From positions 124,001 through 188,000 of IMG/VR virus record IMGVR_UViG_3300019458_000020: a stretch of DNA of 64,000 nucleotides. One strand, 5' to 3'. Each line of letters begins with the position of its first letter. Positions within the stretch are counted from its first letter, which is position 1. Shown in pieces: positions 11,501 to 21,058 of the stretch. Under the pieces are notes generated by a model, which made no database searches, had not been told where the DNA came from, and worked only from the letters and a program-made list of their open reading frames with translations. Made by a program: the position numbers and the translations under genes.

Positions 11501-13212
11501 TCTTGGTCTTCTACATAACTTGCACTCACAAAAGTTGCCGAACTTGTAGAATATTGATAAAATCCTTGTTTAAAAAGGTAAGACTCAAAACCATCAAAAG
11601 AATCTACTACTTCATCTATTTGAGTGGTTAATAGGTCTTTGTTATTCTGATAATATGGATAAACAGTAGAAGACGAAAGTGAATTTAAATACGAGATTTC
11701 TAATGATGCCAATGAACCACTGAATGTGTAATATTGTTTTATCTTATTTTTGAAAACATTTAGTCGGTCTGATATAGAAGAAAATACTATGAAGTTTGAA
11801 AAATCCGAATAATCAATATTCAACCTTGCAAGACGTTGATTAATGGTTATATCATGTGATATCTGTAAATTTGATTGTTCCAAATCTTCTATTGCAAATT
11901 GTTGATTGGTATTTTCTCTGTTTGTAAGAGTCTTATCCAAATTAAAATTTGCTGGAGAAATTTTTACTGTCCTGTATTTTGTTGGATTTCTTAATATTGC
12001 AGTGAAGACATAAGGAACCATGCTGAAGTTGGATACCCAACATGTATTTTTTTCTGCAATATCAGATGGCAATTCCGATGCTAACTTTATGACTAATGTT
12101 AATGGGTCGGTAGGTTCAACTCTTTCATCCAAGAAATCATGAACTAATATAGGAAAGTATCGGTTATTTCCAAAATTTAATACGTTCTTAAAGAAAGAAA
12201 GATATTTAATTCGATACGTTTCTTCGATTGGTTTTACTACATTTTCATAGAAATGAAGAACGAAAAATTCGTAAACAAACCGTCTGGCTCCTTTATAGTC
12301 ATCACCTTGTTGAACACTAAATTGACCGAATCTTTGATCTAATCTTCTATTTGTAAACTCTTTGAATTTATCTTCAATGGAAGTAAAATCCGAAATAGAG
12401 TTGTAATTCGTTAACAAATAATTGTTGAAATACGTTCTTATACCTTGAATTCTTAAAATTCTAGTAGGTTCGGAACCATCTAAAATTTCTTCTTCAGATA
12501 GACTGGTGTATTTGATAAAATCTTCATACACATTTCTAAGAAAGGTTAATACCGAACCATCATCAGGTAAAAAGAAAATAAACTTTAAAAATTCGATTTC
12601 ATCTTCATACTGGTCTTTTACTCTTTGATAAATTTGGTCGTATGGACATTGTTTCACCGCAGATATCAAAACCGGAGAAACATCGCTAACCGGAAATTTC
12701 TTTTGACAGAATGCACTATATTGAATAGAAGTTTCTTTAGATGGAACCAATTTAATTTCTTTTCGTGAAGGAGAAATTTGTTTGATAGAAAGAGTATTAG
12801 TTGAATCACCGGCCATGAACCGATTAAAAACATACGATACCTTATAACTTCCATCCATTATACCAATCGAATGTAAGTGATTAATTGGATTTACTAAAAT
12901 TCTATCATTCTTATAGGTTAAGAATTGATTTTGTAATTCTTGATACGAGAAAGTTTGAACTCGGTCTAAATCGTCAATATAACTTAATGTTACATCTTTG
13001 TAAATTTTCTTATTTTCTACTACACCCCAGGATACAAGAGAATCGTCTTGTGTGTTGTATGTAGAAATTTCGATGGTATCATTTGGAGAAAAACCGAACC
13101 ACAAATCACCCACATTGCTTCGAAATAATAAAGGAGTATCCGTCTCGCTCAGATAAGACCCTGAGAAGATGCTCCCCGTTACATTTCCTAAAACTTGGTA
13201 TGGTAGAGACAT
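8560..13212 (-). CDS. Large (1550 aa) putative baseplate wedge/tail structural protein with LamG-like region
   Basis: YKTKGSEECVRFLLSCYGIP resembles baseplate wedge proteins. FNGTLDKVQLWDEPIS is a LamG/concanavalin-like motif. Neighbours gp6/gp25-like genes. Confidence 0.5.
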   Translation of the reverse strand: MSLPYQVLGNVTGSIFSGSYLSETDTPLLFRSNVGDLWFGFSPNDTIEISTYNTQDDSLVSWGVVENKKIYKDVTLSYIDDLDRVQTFSYQELQNQFLTYKNDRILVNPINHLHSIGIMDGSYKVSYVFNRFMAGDSTNTLSIKQISPSRKEIKLVPSKETSIQYSAFCQKKFPVSDVSPVLISAVKQCPYDQIYQRVKDQYEDEIEFLKFIFFLPDDGSVLTFLRNVYEDFIKYTSLSEEEILDGSEPTRILRIQGIRTYFNNYLLTNYNSISDFTSIEDKFKEFTNRRLDQRFGQFSVQQGDDYKGARRFVYEFFVLHFYENVVKPIEETYRIKYLSFFKNVLNFGNNRYFPILVHDFLDERVEPTDPLTLVIKLASELPSDIAEKNTCWVSNFSMVPYVFTAILRNPTKYRTVKISPANFNLDKTLTNRENTNQQFAIEDLEQSNLQISHDITINQRLARLNIDYSDFSNFIVFSSISDRLNVFKNKIKQYYTFSGSLASLEISYLNSLSSSTVYPYYQNNKDLLTTQIDEVVDSFDGFESYLFKQGFYQYSTSSATFVSASYVEDQDELAAEYDKSNRDSLINNTPDFIKLDENNDEYLTFLSMTGHHFDNIYSYISSVPIERQVQNELTSSLPTKTLQEILTSYGWNVDDVLADLNVDEVYLNSLDSSTYNAISAEERLRTIWNRILISLPGIYKTKGSEECVRFLLSCYGIPSNLLSIREFGGIDFTEEFKQTYVVDEKVFMTKYSGNNDHIQGPFPNNIETVEFKFSIENPEGYIEQKFNPLFTKYPYSYNQFPSHSWAIGFKKVAGEFLGEIIFEMGSGSNGQTITSSVLPIFNGDVFSVMLRRNNPIERFENSEDVNAVPLRYDLYVQRNENGRKIFCSTSSIIMEAGNNRVFSNPGIFKTGNGYFPTGNQFNGTLDKVQLWDEPISDVDFNNHVNDFNSYSYSGSIANQHLWVRLSWDYPQLLYFNLSGSSSLWVDNRSSYYALPNFYSSQSLSSSLIPSLYSASVDITNNRWRTNLPSGSAQLTAFNFQRIIDPNWTSSFDSSSCVYLTDSAYPFSFRELLIQNGLDISKYGPNKFKNDKITKIELNLDARLDVNERSTTLPNALVTPDSNLLGLFIDPQDSKNKDMSRYIGSTGVIDIIGDPEDIYRDRYPNLKNKNSEYHAFGNKKTLFNELITVYKFFFDKSVFSAIKNTIPARANIVAGVVVEPTLLERPKYQSRPITSSVARSLTFEANTTRVSERASRLSMSLEWANFNTNFSESSQTLLNSLPPSYNKVLDLTYINNPIREFPRNWDGNQVPDFYDSIQFTTYPDYENCLHPEVTSSNVINGSLSRRKNGDTPQVNQSFYLLKVWEKKNIYELVGPYTHSNVMSDNTYISNSIYLYKYITVDQPFMDRMVYMKTNDPSGVNDPSPTFFGFQYTHSINTFKNTPDQTINVLMAININVFDPSQFDLVPIDNNTFFEIVSGYPRNHYIHKRQQFTPDKYSSAAASEGSSSVYVKGRQTISTTIGLDGIDDGTFPVQTINVNNVNIVNSDNVLEQ

Positions 13213-13214
13213 GA

Positions 13215-13679
13215 TTATTGAATAGTGTCAATGATATCTTTTGGTAAATATGGAAAATCCGGCTCGAAATCGGATTCCGTTTTTCCTTGTCCCAAGGATA
13301 TTCTCAATTCCAAAATAATATCTTTTATGGCCACTGCATCTGCCGTGTTTCCATTTTGTTCGCTTGTTTGAATTATCGAATCCAATTGAGTTCTTAGTGA
13401 TTCGTTTTCTTTCTTTATATTGTCCAACTCTATTTGAGTTTCTACTGCTGATTGTGCGGCTGCTTCTTCCACAGGCTTAACAAACTCTACAAATTCGGTA
13501 TTATAAAAAGTTTTCACTTTATTTTCATTATAAATCGCATTTCTTAGGTTAAATAATACATAATGTTCTTGAAATATGGATGAAGAGGGATTTAGAATGA
13601 CGTTACCAATTTCATCGAACTTATAGTCAAAAGTTCCATGAAAAACAAAGTCATTAATTTGTTCGGAAAAATCTATCAT
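13215..13679 (-). CDS. Hypothetical coiled-coil protein
   Basis: 154-aa ORF with heptad segment ELDNIKKENESLRTQLD. Confidence 0.6.
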   Translation of the reverse strand: MIDFSEQINDFVFHGTFDYKFDEIGNVILNPSSSIFQEHYVLFNLRNAIYNENKVKTFYNTEFVEFVKPVEEAAAQSAVETQIELDNIKKENESLRTQLDSIIQTSEQNGNTADAVAIKDIILELRISLGQGKTESDFEPDFPYLPKDIIDTIQ

Positions 13680-13760
13680 ATTATTTTATAAATATCAAAA
13701 TACCGATAAATTTGGATTAGTTTCTACATTATACAAACGACTTTCTTTTTCATAATCTTT

Positions 13761-13866
13761 GTGGCGGGGAAACCCCTATCCCTTTAGGGTAGGGGGAGGA
13801 ACCGCCACCAATACATATTGTCAAACTCTGGCAAGCACCGACCCTTTAGGGTCGTGTGTATTTGAC
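13761..13866 (-). mobile_element. Miniature IS200/IS605-family-like element (two end hairpins, no transposase or nuclease)
   Basis: Minus strand reads GTCAAATACACACGACCCTAAAGGGTCGGTGCTTG, a ~20-nt spacer, then GTGGCGGTTCCTCCCCCTACCCTAAAGGGATAGGGGTTTCCCCGCCAC. These GC-rich CTAAAG-loop hairpins are typical of IS200/IS605 subterminal ends. Confidence 0.7.
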
Positions 13867-13867
13867 A

Positions 13868-15970
13868 TTATCTCACTACTTTAAAAGTATTACCGTTGTC
13901 AAAAGTATAAACAGAAGAAGACATCTCGGTTTTTATTAATATTTTAAAATATCTTTCCTGTGGAAGACCGCTCGTATCTAATAAGAAATAATTTCCATTC
14001 AAATCACAACTTAATTTTGTATTGTTGTCAAAATCAATTATGAATCTTTCTGTCAAATTATCCTGTATTGCATAATATGACGATGTAGGCAAATAACTTG
14101 CCGTTATAAATTGTGAAAATTGTGTCAGTCTTTGAAAATTCTTCAATACAAATTCCGATTTAGCAAATACATCCACTCTTATAATATTACCACTTCTTAC
14201 TTCTGGTTTTAAATTCTGAATAGTAATTGTAAATGGATTGTGGAATTCAACCGGACGTAAACTACTTGAACCAATAATTGATGACGTAGTTGCGGAACTC
14301 GTCGAATATGACCCTGTTAAGCTGCCGGTTATAAATCTTCCCGGAAATATTCCGCCTTGTAGAACACCAGTAAATTGTCCACCGTTATATATTCCAACTA
14401 CACTGGAATCAAATAGACTTCCCGATAAAATCACACTCACTTGATTAGATGGATTTGAACTTCCACTTAATCTACTTCCACTCAATAAGAAACTGCCTGT
14501 AGTAACTATATTGAAAGAGCCTGTTCCATTAATACTTCCGGTAAAATATCTTCCTGCTAATTTTCCGGATAAAAATGTTCCTTCGATGGATTGTGTCACT
14601 GCACTTCCTGTTACTCTTCCATCAACTAGAGATCCACTTAACACAGTATCATAGAATACACCTTGAATACTTCCGGTCAAATTTGTTCCACTAATGTATG
14701 CCGATGAAGTGAATGACCCTGTTAAACTAGCTGATAATGGAGTGAATAGAATTTGTCCATCAGTGAAAAACGACAAGATACTTCCTGAAGCAACATATTG
14801 TTGAACACTAGAAGTATAAGTGCTTCCTGTAGTAAATGTTTGGTCGTCCCAACCGACATCCAAACGAGGAATGTAAATAGTATTAGTATCCTTACTAAAG
14901 AAAAATAATCCCATTTCAGAACCGGTAGATTCAAATTCATCACTACTTAATAACAAAAATCCTTCGTTTGCAAAACTTCCTGATAACCATCCATATACTA
15001 TTCTACTAACATCCATGTCAATGTCAGATGTTTGATAATTAAAGGATTGACTACATACCGATTGAGTGTACCAATTACCACCACCACGAGCAAACGATTC
15101 AGTGGCTTGTGAAGGATTGGATATAAAGTTGATAATATCGGTTCTTGACGACGTAATTGAATACCATCTTGACCCACTTACATAATCTCTAAAATTCCAA
15201 CTTGCACCTTTTATGTCCCCACCATCGTAAAAATATCCTCTACCCATTTCCCAACTTTGGCTAATAGGCAAGGCGTAGATTGTATAAGGTATAGGAAGAT
15301 TTTCTTCCCTAACCACATCAATTTTCAATCTAAAAGATGGACTTTCTATATCACCGGAAGCAATAGATGTTGAAATGGCAGTGATGTCAAATTTGACCAA
15401 CGAACGATTCAAAAACTTTCTTTGGTCAATGGATGTATTTGGAATATTTTTTACATCTATTCCATCTATAGAGCCTGAAATTATGGCTCCAGTAGAACCG
15501 GAGATGATTCCGTTGAATACCGAGAAAAATCCAGCGGTAGTAATCAACGAACCTGACACCACACCGATTAAATCGGTTGATACGATACTTCCACTAAAAT
15601 TTATTAAGCTTCCTGTGTGATTGTTGCTTGATGCTGGAGAGCCTGTTGCCCATCCATTATAACTTCCTGTGAAATTTCCAGAAAAATATGATGCAGTAAA
15701 TGCATTAGAACCGCTTTTTACTAAGGTTCCTGATACAAATGATGTCATTCCTGACAATGAACCAGAAACGATAGTGCCTGTAAAGTTATCAACCGGAAAG
15801 TTATTGACAACTACGTTGTCATAAAAGAAAGTTTTAGTCGAATTACGTGTTCTTATTTCTTGAACATTGGTTCCGATACGCAACATTTCATCCAAACCGA
15901 AATTTCGATTAACATAATCGAATCTATCGGTCAAGAACGTGTCTTTACTTGGAAAAATAATGTGATGCAT
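13868..15970 (-). CDS. Virion structural protein with DNRLRE-like domain interrupted by GS-rich repeats
   Basis: KDTFL...NFGLDEMLRIG...RSLVKFDITAIS...WEMGRG...W; long S/G/T-rich SGS repeats. Confidence 0.5.
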   Translation of the reverse strand: MHHIIFPSKDTFLTDRFDYVNRNFGLDEMLRIGTNVQEIRTRNSTKTFFYDNVVVNNFPVDNFTGTIVSGSLSGMTSFVSGTLVKSGSNAFTASYFSGNFTGSYNGWATGSPASSNNHTGSLINFSGSIVSTDLIGVVSGSLITTAGFFSVFNGIISGSTGAIISGSIDGIDVKNIPNTSIDQRKFLNRSLVKFDITAISTSIASGDIESPSFRLKIDVVREENLPIPYTIYALPISQSWEMGRGYFYDGGDIKGASWNFRDYVSGSRWYSITSSRTDIINFISNPSQATESFARGGGNWYTQSVCSQSFNYQTSDIDMDVSRIVYGWLSGSFANEGFLLLSSDEFESTGSEMGLFFFSKDTNTIYIPRLDVGWDDQTFTTGSTYTSSVQQYVASGSILSFFTDGQILFTPLSASLTGSFTSSAYISGTNLTGSIQGVFYDTVLSGSLVDGRVTGSAVTQSIEGTFLSGKLAGRYFTGSINGTGSFNIVTTGSFLLSGSRLSGSSNPSNQVSVILSGSLFDSSVVGIYNGGQFTGVLQGGIFPGRFITGSLTGSYSTSSATTSSIIGSSSLRPVEFHNPFTITIQNLKPEVRSGNIIRVDVFAKSEFVLKNFQRLTQFSQFITASYLPTSSYYAIQDNLTERFIIDFDNNTKLSCDLNGNYFLLDTSGLPQERYFKILIKTEMSSSVYTFDNGNTFKVVR

Positions 15971-15971
15971 A

Positions 15972-17957
15972 TTAAATTATAGACCCCTTAATATCTTTAT
16001 CTGGAAACTTTACTTCAAATATCGATGGGTCCAGAGAAGGATATATAATGTCATTCTGAGTGGCAGCCAATATATCGTATTCTACTTCCGAATAATCTTC
16101 GCCGTTTGTAGTAAGAGGGGTTAGATTCTTAATTTTTAACGAGGCAACTGATTGTACTCCTTCAACCTTTGCAATTTCCAATCTAAGTTGACTCAAATTG
16201 ATTGGTTGAGAAAATTCCCAACTATCGATATCAAAAAATTCCTTCACTACTGCTAGAACATTTCCTAATACTTCCTTTTTGTTGTATCCTTTGAATACAG
16301 TAATAGAAAATTCTACACCAATGTTGATTACATATCCATCTATTACATTGATTCCATCCGTTAACATTCTAAATTGTCGCAAATATGTTAGTATGTTGTT
16401 TACTAACGCTTCATTGGCTGGTGTAAGATTTTTATTTTCGTCATACGACAAAACATAAACATTGATAGAAAATGGATTTCCTCTATCATAAGTGATTTTT
16501 CGGAAGAAATTCTGAGTATTATCGTTGTTTATTGTTGCTTGATTCATCTCATTGACTGTTCCAGATAAGACTTGATTTACATTTACATCAAGACTGTTAT
16601 ATGGTATAATTTGAGCCTTTGCTATACTTCCATATTTAGGAGGCATAGCATATAATCTTGTTAAATAATCTGTTTGAGTAATGGTTCGGTTCTGTGCTGC
16701 AAAGGATGCTAATGCATTTTGTCTAATTTCCTCTACGGATTCCGGTCCTTTTCCTCCAGTTGTTGCATCAGGATTATTCACTCTCAGAGAAGTTTGAACG
16801 GTATTTAATAAATCCGACTCTTCAGGAGTCAACCCTTCAACCGAATTATCGATTGTTAAAGATTCGACATTAATTACCGAATTAGATGGGGAGTTTGACT
16901 CAATTCCGCCGCCGACAGTATAAGTTACAGTGATGGTTGTTTCAGATGGAGCCAATCCATAAGTATCATTCTTCAAAAAGTTAGATGGGTCTAGTGAAAC
17001 ATTTACACTGTTTAGATTGGATAATCCAACACCTACTTGTTCGGAACTTAAATTAATAATTTCATCGGTGGTACTGTTAATTCCTGCACCAAACTCAAGA
17101 TACGTCTGATTATCTGCATTAACATTCACTACGAATCTCCGAGACGTTCTCAAATATTTCAGAATTGTAGGAACGGTGGCTTTATATTGAGCAAGTGTTC
17201 CTTCGAATGATTCATTGTTTGGAGCACCGTAAAGAACTAATTCTTGAGCCAAGAAATCAACCTCATACCACTTGTTATTATCCGAATCCCGAACGTCTAT
17301 AATCTCCAAAACGTTTTCTTCATCCAAAAATAACTTTAAGAATGATTGAGCTTGTCCAACAGGAAAAGTTTTTGTTACAACTTTTCCAGATTTTATATTG
17401 GCTGTTTTTTTAAGTAAGAAAAACGTTGGAACGCCGGTCGAATCTCTGGAATAAACGGATAATTCTCTCTTAGAAAGGGGAGTATCTACAGCGAAATTGA
17501 TGGGTTCGGTTGTTAAAAATGATGTACCTACGTTATTAGAAACTTGCATACCTTCTCTGATATTCAAAGCAAATTTCTCGTCAGGAATATACTCCCCACC
17601 ATCGATTGTAGATGGAATAAGTTGAAAAACTTCAATTTTTCCGGTCGATCCACGAACAGGCTTTGTAACGTGACCCATAAATCTAGCCAATGGAATAATA
17701 TTTTTTCTTTCTTGGGTGTTAGCTATCAATCCTTCTTTGAAGTTATAATCGGTATAATAAGAAAGAACATCACCGACGTATGACGCCATTTCAATGAACA
17801 TCATACCTGGGTTAGCATCTGAAAAATCCTTATAAGTATTTGGAAAATAATACTTAGCAAAATTTATAAGTCCTTCTTTAAATTGAGAGAAGTCTCGATT
17901 TAAATACCTAACATCTCGACTATTAGGTTGAAATAATTTATTCGTATTCGTTGACAT
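15972..17957 (-). CDS. Baseplate wedge subunit, T4 gp6-like
   Basis: RDFSQFKEGLINF...YKDFSDANPGMMFIEMASYVGDVLSYY and GGKGPESVEEIRQNA..FAAQNRTIT..DY motifs. Confidence 0.85.
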   Translation of the reverse strand: MSTNTNKLFQPNSRDVRYLNRDFSQFKEGLINFAKYYFPNTYKDFSDANPGMMFIEMASYVGDVLSYYTDYNFKEGLIANTQERKNIIPLARFMGHVTKPVRGSTGKIEVFQLIPSTIDGGEYIPDEKFALNIREGMQVSNNVGTSFLTTEPINFAVDTPLSKRELSVYSRDSTGVPTFFLLKKTANIKSGKVVTKTFPVGQAQSFLKLFLDEENVLEIIDVRDSDNNKWYEVDFLAQELVLYGAPNNESFEGTLAQYKATVPTILKYLRTSRRFVVNVNADNQTYLEFGAGINSTTDEIINLSSEQVGVGLSNLNSVNVSLDPSNFLKNDTYGLAPSETTITVTYTVGGGIESNSPSNSVINVESLTIDNSVEGLTPEESDLLNTVQTSLRVNNPDATTGGKGPESVEEIRQNALASFAAQNRTITQTDYLTRLYAMPPKYGSIAKAQIIPYNSLDVNVNQVLSGTVNEMNQATINNDNTQNFFRKITYDRGNPFSINVYVLSYDENKNLTPANEALVNNILTYLRQFRMLTDGINVIDGYVINIGVEFSITVFKGYNKKEVLGNVLAVVKEFFDIDSWEFSQPINLSQLRLEIAKVEGVQSVASLKIKNLTPLTTNGEDYSEVEYDILAATQNDIIYPSLDPSIFEVKFPDKDIKGSII

Positions 17958-17958
17958 A

Positions 17959-18378
17959 TTATGTTGTCGTGTCTATTACTACCGTCACAGTATCCTTCTG
18001 TTTAGTAAGATTCAGCATAAAATCGACCTTTACGCTTAATCTATAAATATCGATATCATCTTGTCTTTCTTCATTTTTCAATAATGTAGGGGTTACATTG
18101 ATGACAGATACATTTGGAATCCATTGGGCAATGTCTTCTTTTATAATATTGGAAGCAATTTCTGGTAATATTTCCACATTTTGTTCAAAAACCAAAGAAT
18201 GAAGTCTTGAACCAAAGGTAGGCTGCATTCTACGTTCTCCGGGACGAGTATTTAGTAAATTATAAATATTAGAACGAACTTGAGTAATGGTATCAAATGA
18301 TTGTTCAAAATAACCATTATTCCCATCACGTATGGGCAATGTTATTCCTACAGGTTCTTTTAATGGTTTTGATGCCAT
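17959..18378 (-). CDS. Baseplate wedge subunit, gp25/GPW family
   Basis: NIYNLLNTRPGERRMQPTFGS.L signature. Confidence 0.9.
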   Translation of the reverse strand: MASKPLKEPVGITLPIRDGNNGYFEQSFDTITQVRSNIYNLLNTRPGERRMQPTFGSRLHSLVFEQNVEILPEIASNIIKEDIAQWIPNVSVINVTPTLLKNEERQDDIDIYRLSVKVDFMLNLTKQKDTVTVVIDTTT

Positions 18379-18384
18379 ATTGCG

Positions 18385-18990
18385 TTATCCCATCGTTACT
18401 CCGGGAACCATACCACTTCCACCATTTTTCTGTACTTCTTCGACTTTATTAAGAAGTTTTCTATAATCTTTCTTAAATACACTTTTTAATACATCAGGAA
18501 CGGCACCAGGAATTTCAGTAACCGAAGGCGGAACGGAATCGGTGACACCTACCATTGTTTTTAAATAATCTATTTTTGTTTCTGGACGTTTAGGTTGACC
18601 AGCTTCAAATGAAGTCTCAGTATCATTTACTCCGATTTTATCAAATCTTACTAAATCCTCATAATTAACCGATTCATCTCTTGGAATTCTTATACCCGAC
18701 GCAGCAGTTTCTTGTAAAACACTATCTAATGCCGGGTTTCCGGTATTTATTTTAACCGGAGTTCTAGCCACAACCGGTTGTTCTACAACTTCTTCTAAGG
18801 TTTCTTGTCTTTCTTTTTTGGTGATTTTACTAGCTGTTTCAGATAATACATCTCCTTTTGATAAAATAAGTTCAGCGATTACATTACCCATTGCTTTAGT
18901 CACTTCTTCTTTAACCAATTCTCTAACGGAACGGTTAACTTCTTCTTTTACAACCATTTTTATAAGTTTTGCTAATTCTTTAGTATTCAT
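18385..18990 (-). CDS. Hypothetical protein
   Basis: 201-aa ORF in the baseplate operon; no recognisable motif. Confidence 0.6.
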   Translation of the reverse strand: MNTKELAKLIKMVVKEEVNRSVRELVKEEVTKAMGNVIAELILSKGDVLSETASKITKKERQETLEEVVEQPVVARTPVKINTGNPALDSVLQETAASGIRIPRDESVNYEDLVRFDKIGVNDTETSFEAGQPKRPETKIDYLKTMVGVTDSVPPSVTEIPGAVPDVLKSVFKKDYRKLLNKVEEVQKNGGSGMVPGVTMG

Positions 18991-18993
18991 ATA

Positions 18994-20637
18994 TTATCTT
19001 TTACTTCTGCCTTTCCAACCACCAGGAACTCCTGTTCCGCTCGATACATTTATTTTTGTTGGCGCATTCAAGGTAGGAATATTCCCACCATCCGCACCTG
19101 GAGCAAAACCTCCACCTGTAATAAATACTCTCCGACTTAACAGAGTTTCAAGTTTCTCTCTCATAACTATGAGTTTAGCTACCTCAACAGGCGTTTGAGT
19201 TTTATCTGGTTTAGCTTGTCCGGCATCTGGGTGTTTGTGTTTGTACCAATGTGTGTGTTTTATTAACCAATCACACAAATCATATAACCAATTGACCGTC
19301 GTTTGTCCTAACAATGCCGGTTCATCCGTTACATCCGGTGAACCAAGATATATTACAGGAGAATTTATGACAGTTTTTGTATTGGTTGTTAAAATTATTT
19401 GATTATGAGCATCAACGGTATATTCATCATCTGTTACTACAGCATATCTCTTTTTAGAAAAGTGAAACGTTTCTCCCCTTTTTGAAGATACAATTACTCT
19501 ATCTGAATTCAATACTATCTGATCTCCATTTAGTATTGGATATGTAAATTTGGTTGGACCATTAAAAACGCCTTGTTCTTCGGAACCATTTCCCCACATT
19601 TTCTTTAAACAGTTAGTGACAAATCCACTAATAGTTGTACCAGATGTAATATGAATTGAACTTCCGTCGTTGTTTATATCTTCGGAGACATACCCACCAA
19701 CATTTTTTTCTTCTATTGTTCCCATTACAGGAGGAACATTTTCATATACTCTTGTTGATTTTCCTGGTTCTGTTAACGGTCGTTGACGATTACGAATTAA
19801 TATCATTGGATTTCCACCACCAGCTTCGTAAATTTTACCGTCAATATTTTTGTATTTTAAGCCAGACCCTTTATAATCTGCGTATCCACTGAAATTATCA
19901 TCATGTCCACGATCATTTAAACGATTATCATCGTATGCACCAAATCTAATAGATTGACCAAATCTACTTTCAACTATTAAATCTCCTTCTCTTCTCTTCA
20001 AACTCCTAATTCGATGATTCAGTATAAAATATCTTCCGGCTGCCCCATTAAATCCAGGTCCACCATCAACTCTTGTTCTTGATTCTGGCCCAATAAAATC
20101 AACATAACTGTTTCTTTTAATATCTCCCTCTATCGTTTCTCTGTTTCCCTTTTGTTGATTACTGGAAGGGTCAACGTATCCGCCGTTATTTAATTCTACT
20201 TGAAAATCTACGTTGTTATTAGGAAAATTATTTAGATTAATCTTTCTGGTATAGAAAAATTTTTCCAGATGTCTTATTACTCCCACTACTTCATTAACAA
20301 CAGGATATTCTGTCACATTAGATTCTAAGGGAAGTGCCCACACCAATTCTTCTTTTTCTACAGACCTATTAGAATGAAGTAATCGAATTTGAACTCTACC
20401 TACCCAAGACAAATCAATATCTTGTTCACTTGGTTTTTTTCCATTAATAGATGGCGGCCATACATCCAAATCAATGAGATTATTTTTTAATTTTGGATGA
20501 GTAGAATCTAAAATAACATCTAATACGACTGCCGGCTCAATTTCATAAAATTCAGCTTGTTGAAATGCCGTCGGATTATTACCCCCAAAATTATCCAAAG
20601 AAGCATCTGATGTAGTTCCTGTTCGTTTCCAATACAT
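18994..20637 (-). CDS. Putative baseplate central spike/hub (gp5/gpV-like)
   Basis: N-terminal OB-like GRVQIRL...WALPL..YPVVNEVV, GDLIVESRFGQSIRFG, beta-helix-like C-terminal repeats and a HTHWYKHKHP metal-tip motif. Confidence 0.6.
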   Translation of the reverse strand: MYWKRTGTTSDASLDNFGGNNPTAFQQAEFYEIEPAVVLDVILDSTHPKLKNNLIDLDVWPPSINGKKPSEQDIDLSWVGRVQIRLLHSNRSVEKEELVWALPLESNVTEYPVVNEVVGVIRHLEKFFYTRKINLNNFPNNNVDFQVELNNGGYVDPSSNQQKGNRETIEGDIKRNSYVDFIGPESRTRVDGGPGFNGAAGRYFILNHRIRSLKRREGDLIVESRFGQSIRFGAYDDNRLNDRGHDDNFSGYADYKGSGLKYKNIDGKIYEAGGGNPMILIRNRQRPLTEPGKSTRVYENVPPVMGTIEEKNVGGYVSEDINNDGSSIHITSGTTISGFVTNCLKKMWGNGSEEQGVFNGPTKFTYPILNGDQIVLNSDRVIVSSKRGETFHFSKKRYAVVTDDEYTVDAHNQIILTTNTKTVINSPVIYLGSPDVTDEPALLGQTTVNWLYDLCDWLIKHTHWYKHKHPDAGQAKPDKTQTPVEVAKLIVMREKLETLLSRRVFITGGGFAPGADGGNIPTLNAPTKINVSSGTGVPGGWKGRSKR

Positions 20638-20638
20638 G

Positions 20639-21058
20639 TTAATCTTTTTTAATGGATTTTATAGATATCGATGTAGCTTCTTGTTCTTTTTTCAAATCGG
20701 TGACAGAAGTTTCTACTTCTTTCATAATTTGATTTCGTTCTTCATCGGTTAACCACGATGAACCTTGTGGACCTTCGGTTTCTACTTTAGAAGACACCAA
20801 TCTTTGTATGATTGCGGCTAATTTTACAAGATGGTCATCGTTGTGAATACCCGCATCCAAGTATTGCTTAATAAGAGGAACTATCATCATTGCGTCGTTT
20901 GTGGTTTTTATAAGGGGACGCAATTCAGTAACTAAGGCATCAATCTGTGACTTCGTTTCATTTTGATTAGTAACGATGTCTTTACACAAGTCCTCGAAAG
21001 TCTTGCCGTCAAATATTTGAAACTTCATGTCCATACCTATAAATAGGTAGAAACGCAA
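20639..21058 (-). CDS. Hypothetical protein (start probably 21034, MDMKFQIFDG)
   Basis: ORF track; the TATTTAT motif lies just upstream of the 21034 ATG. Confidence 0.6.
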   Translation of the reverse strand: MRFYLFIGMDMKFQIFDGKTFEDLCKDIVTNQNETKSQIDALVTELRPLIKTTNDAMMIVPLIKQYLDAGIHNDDHLVKLAAIIQRLVSSKVETEGPQGSSWLTDEERNQIMKEVETSVTDLKKEQEATSISIKSIKKD

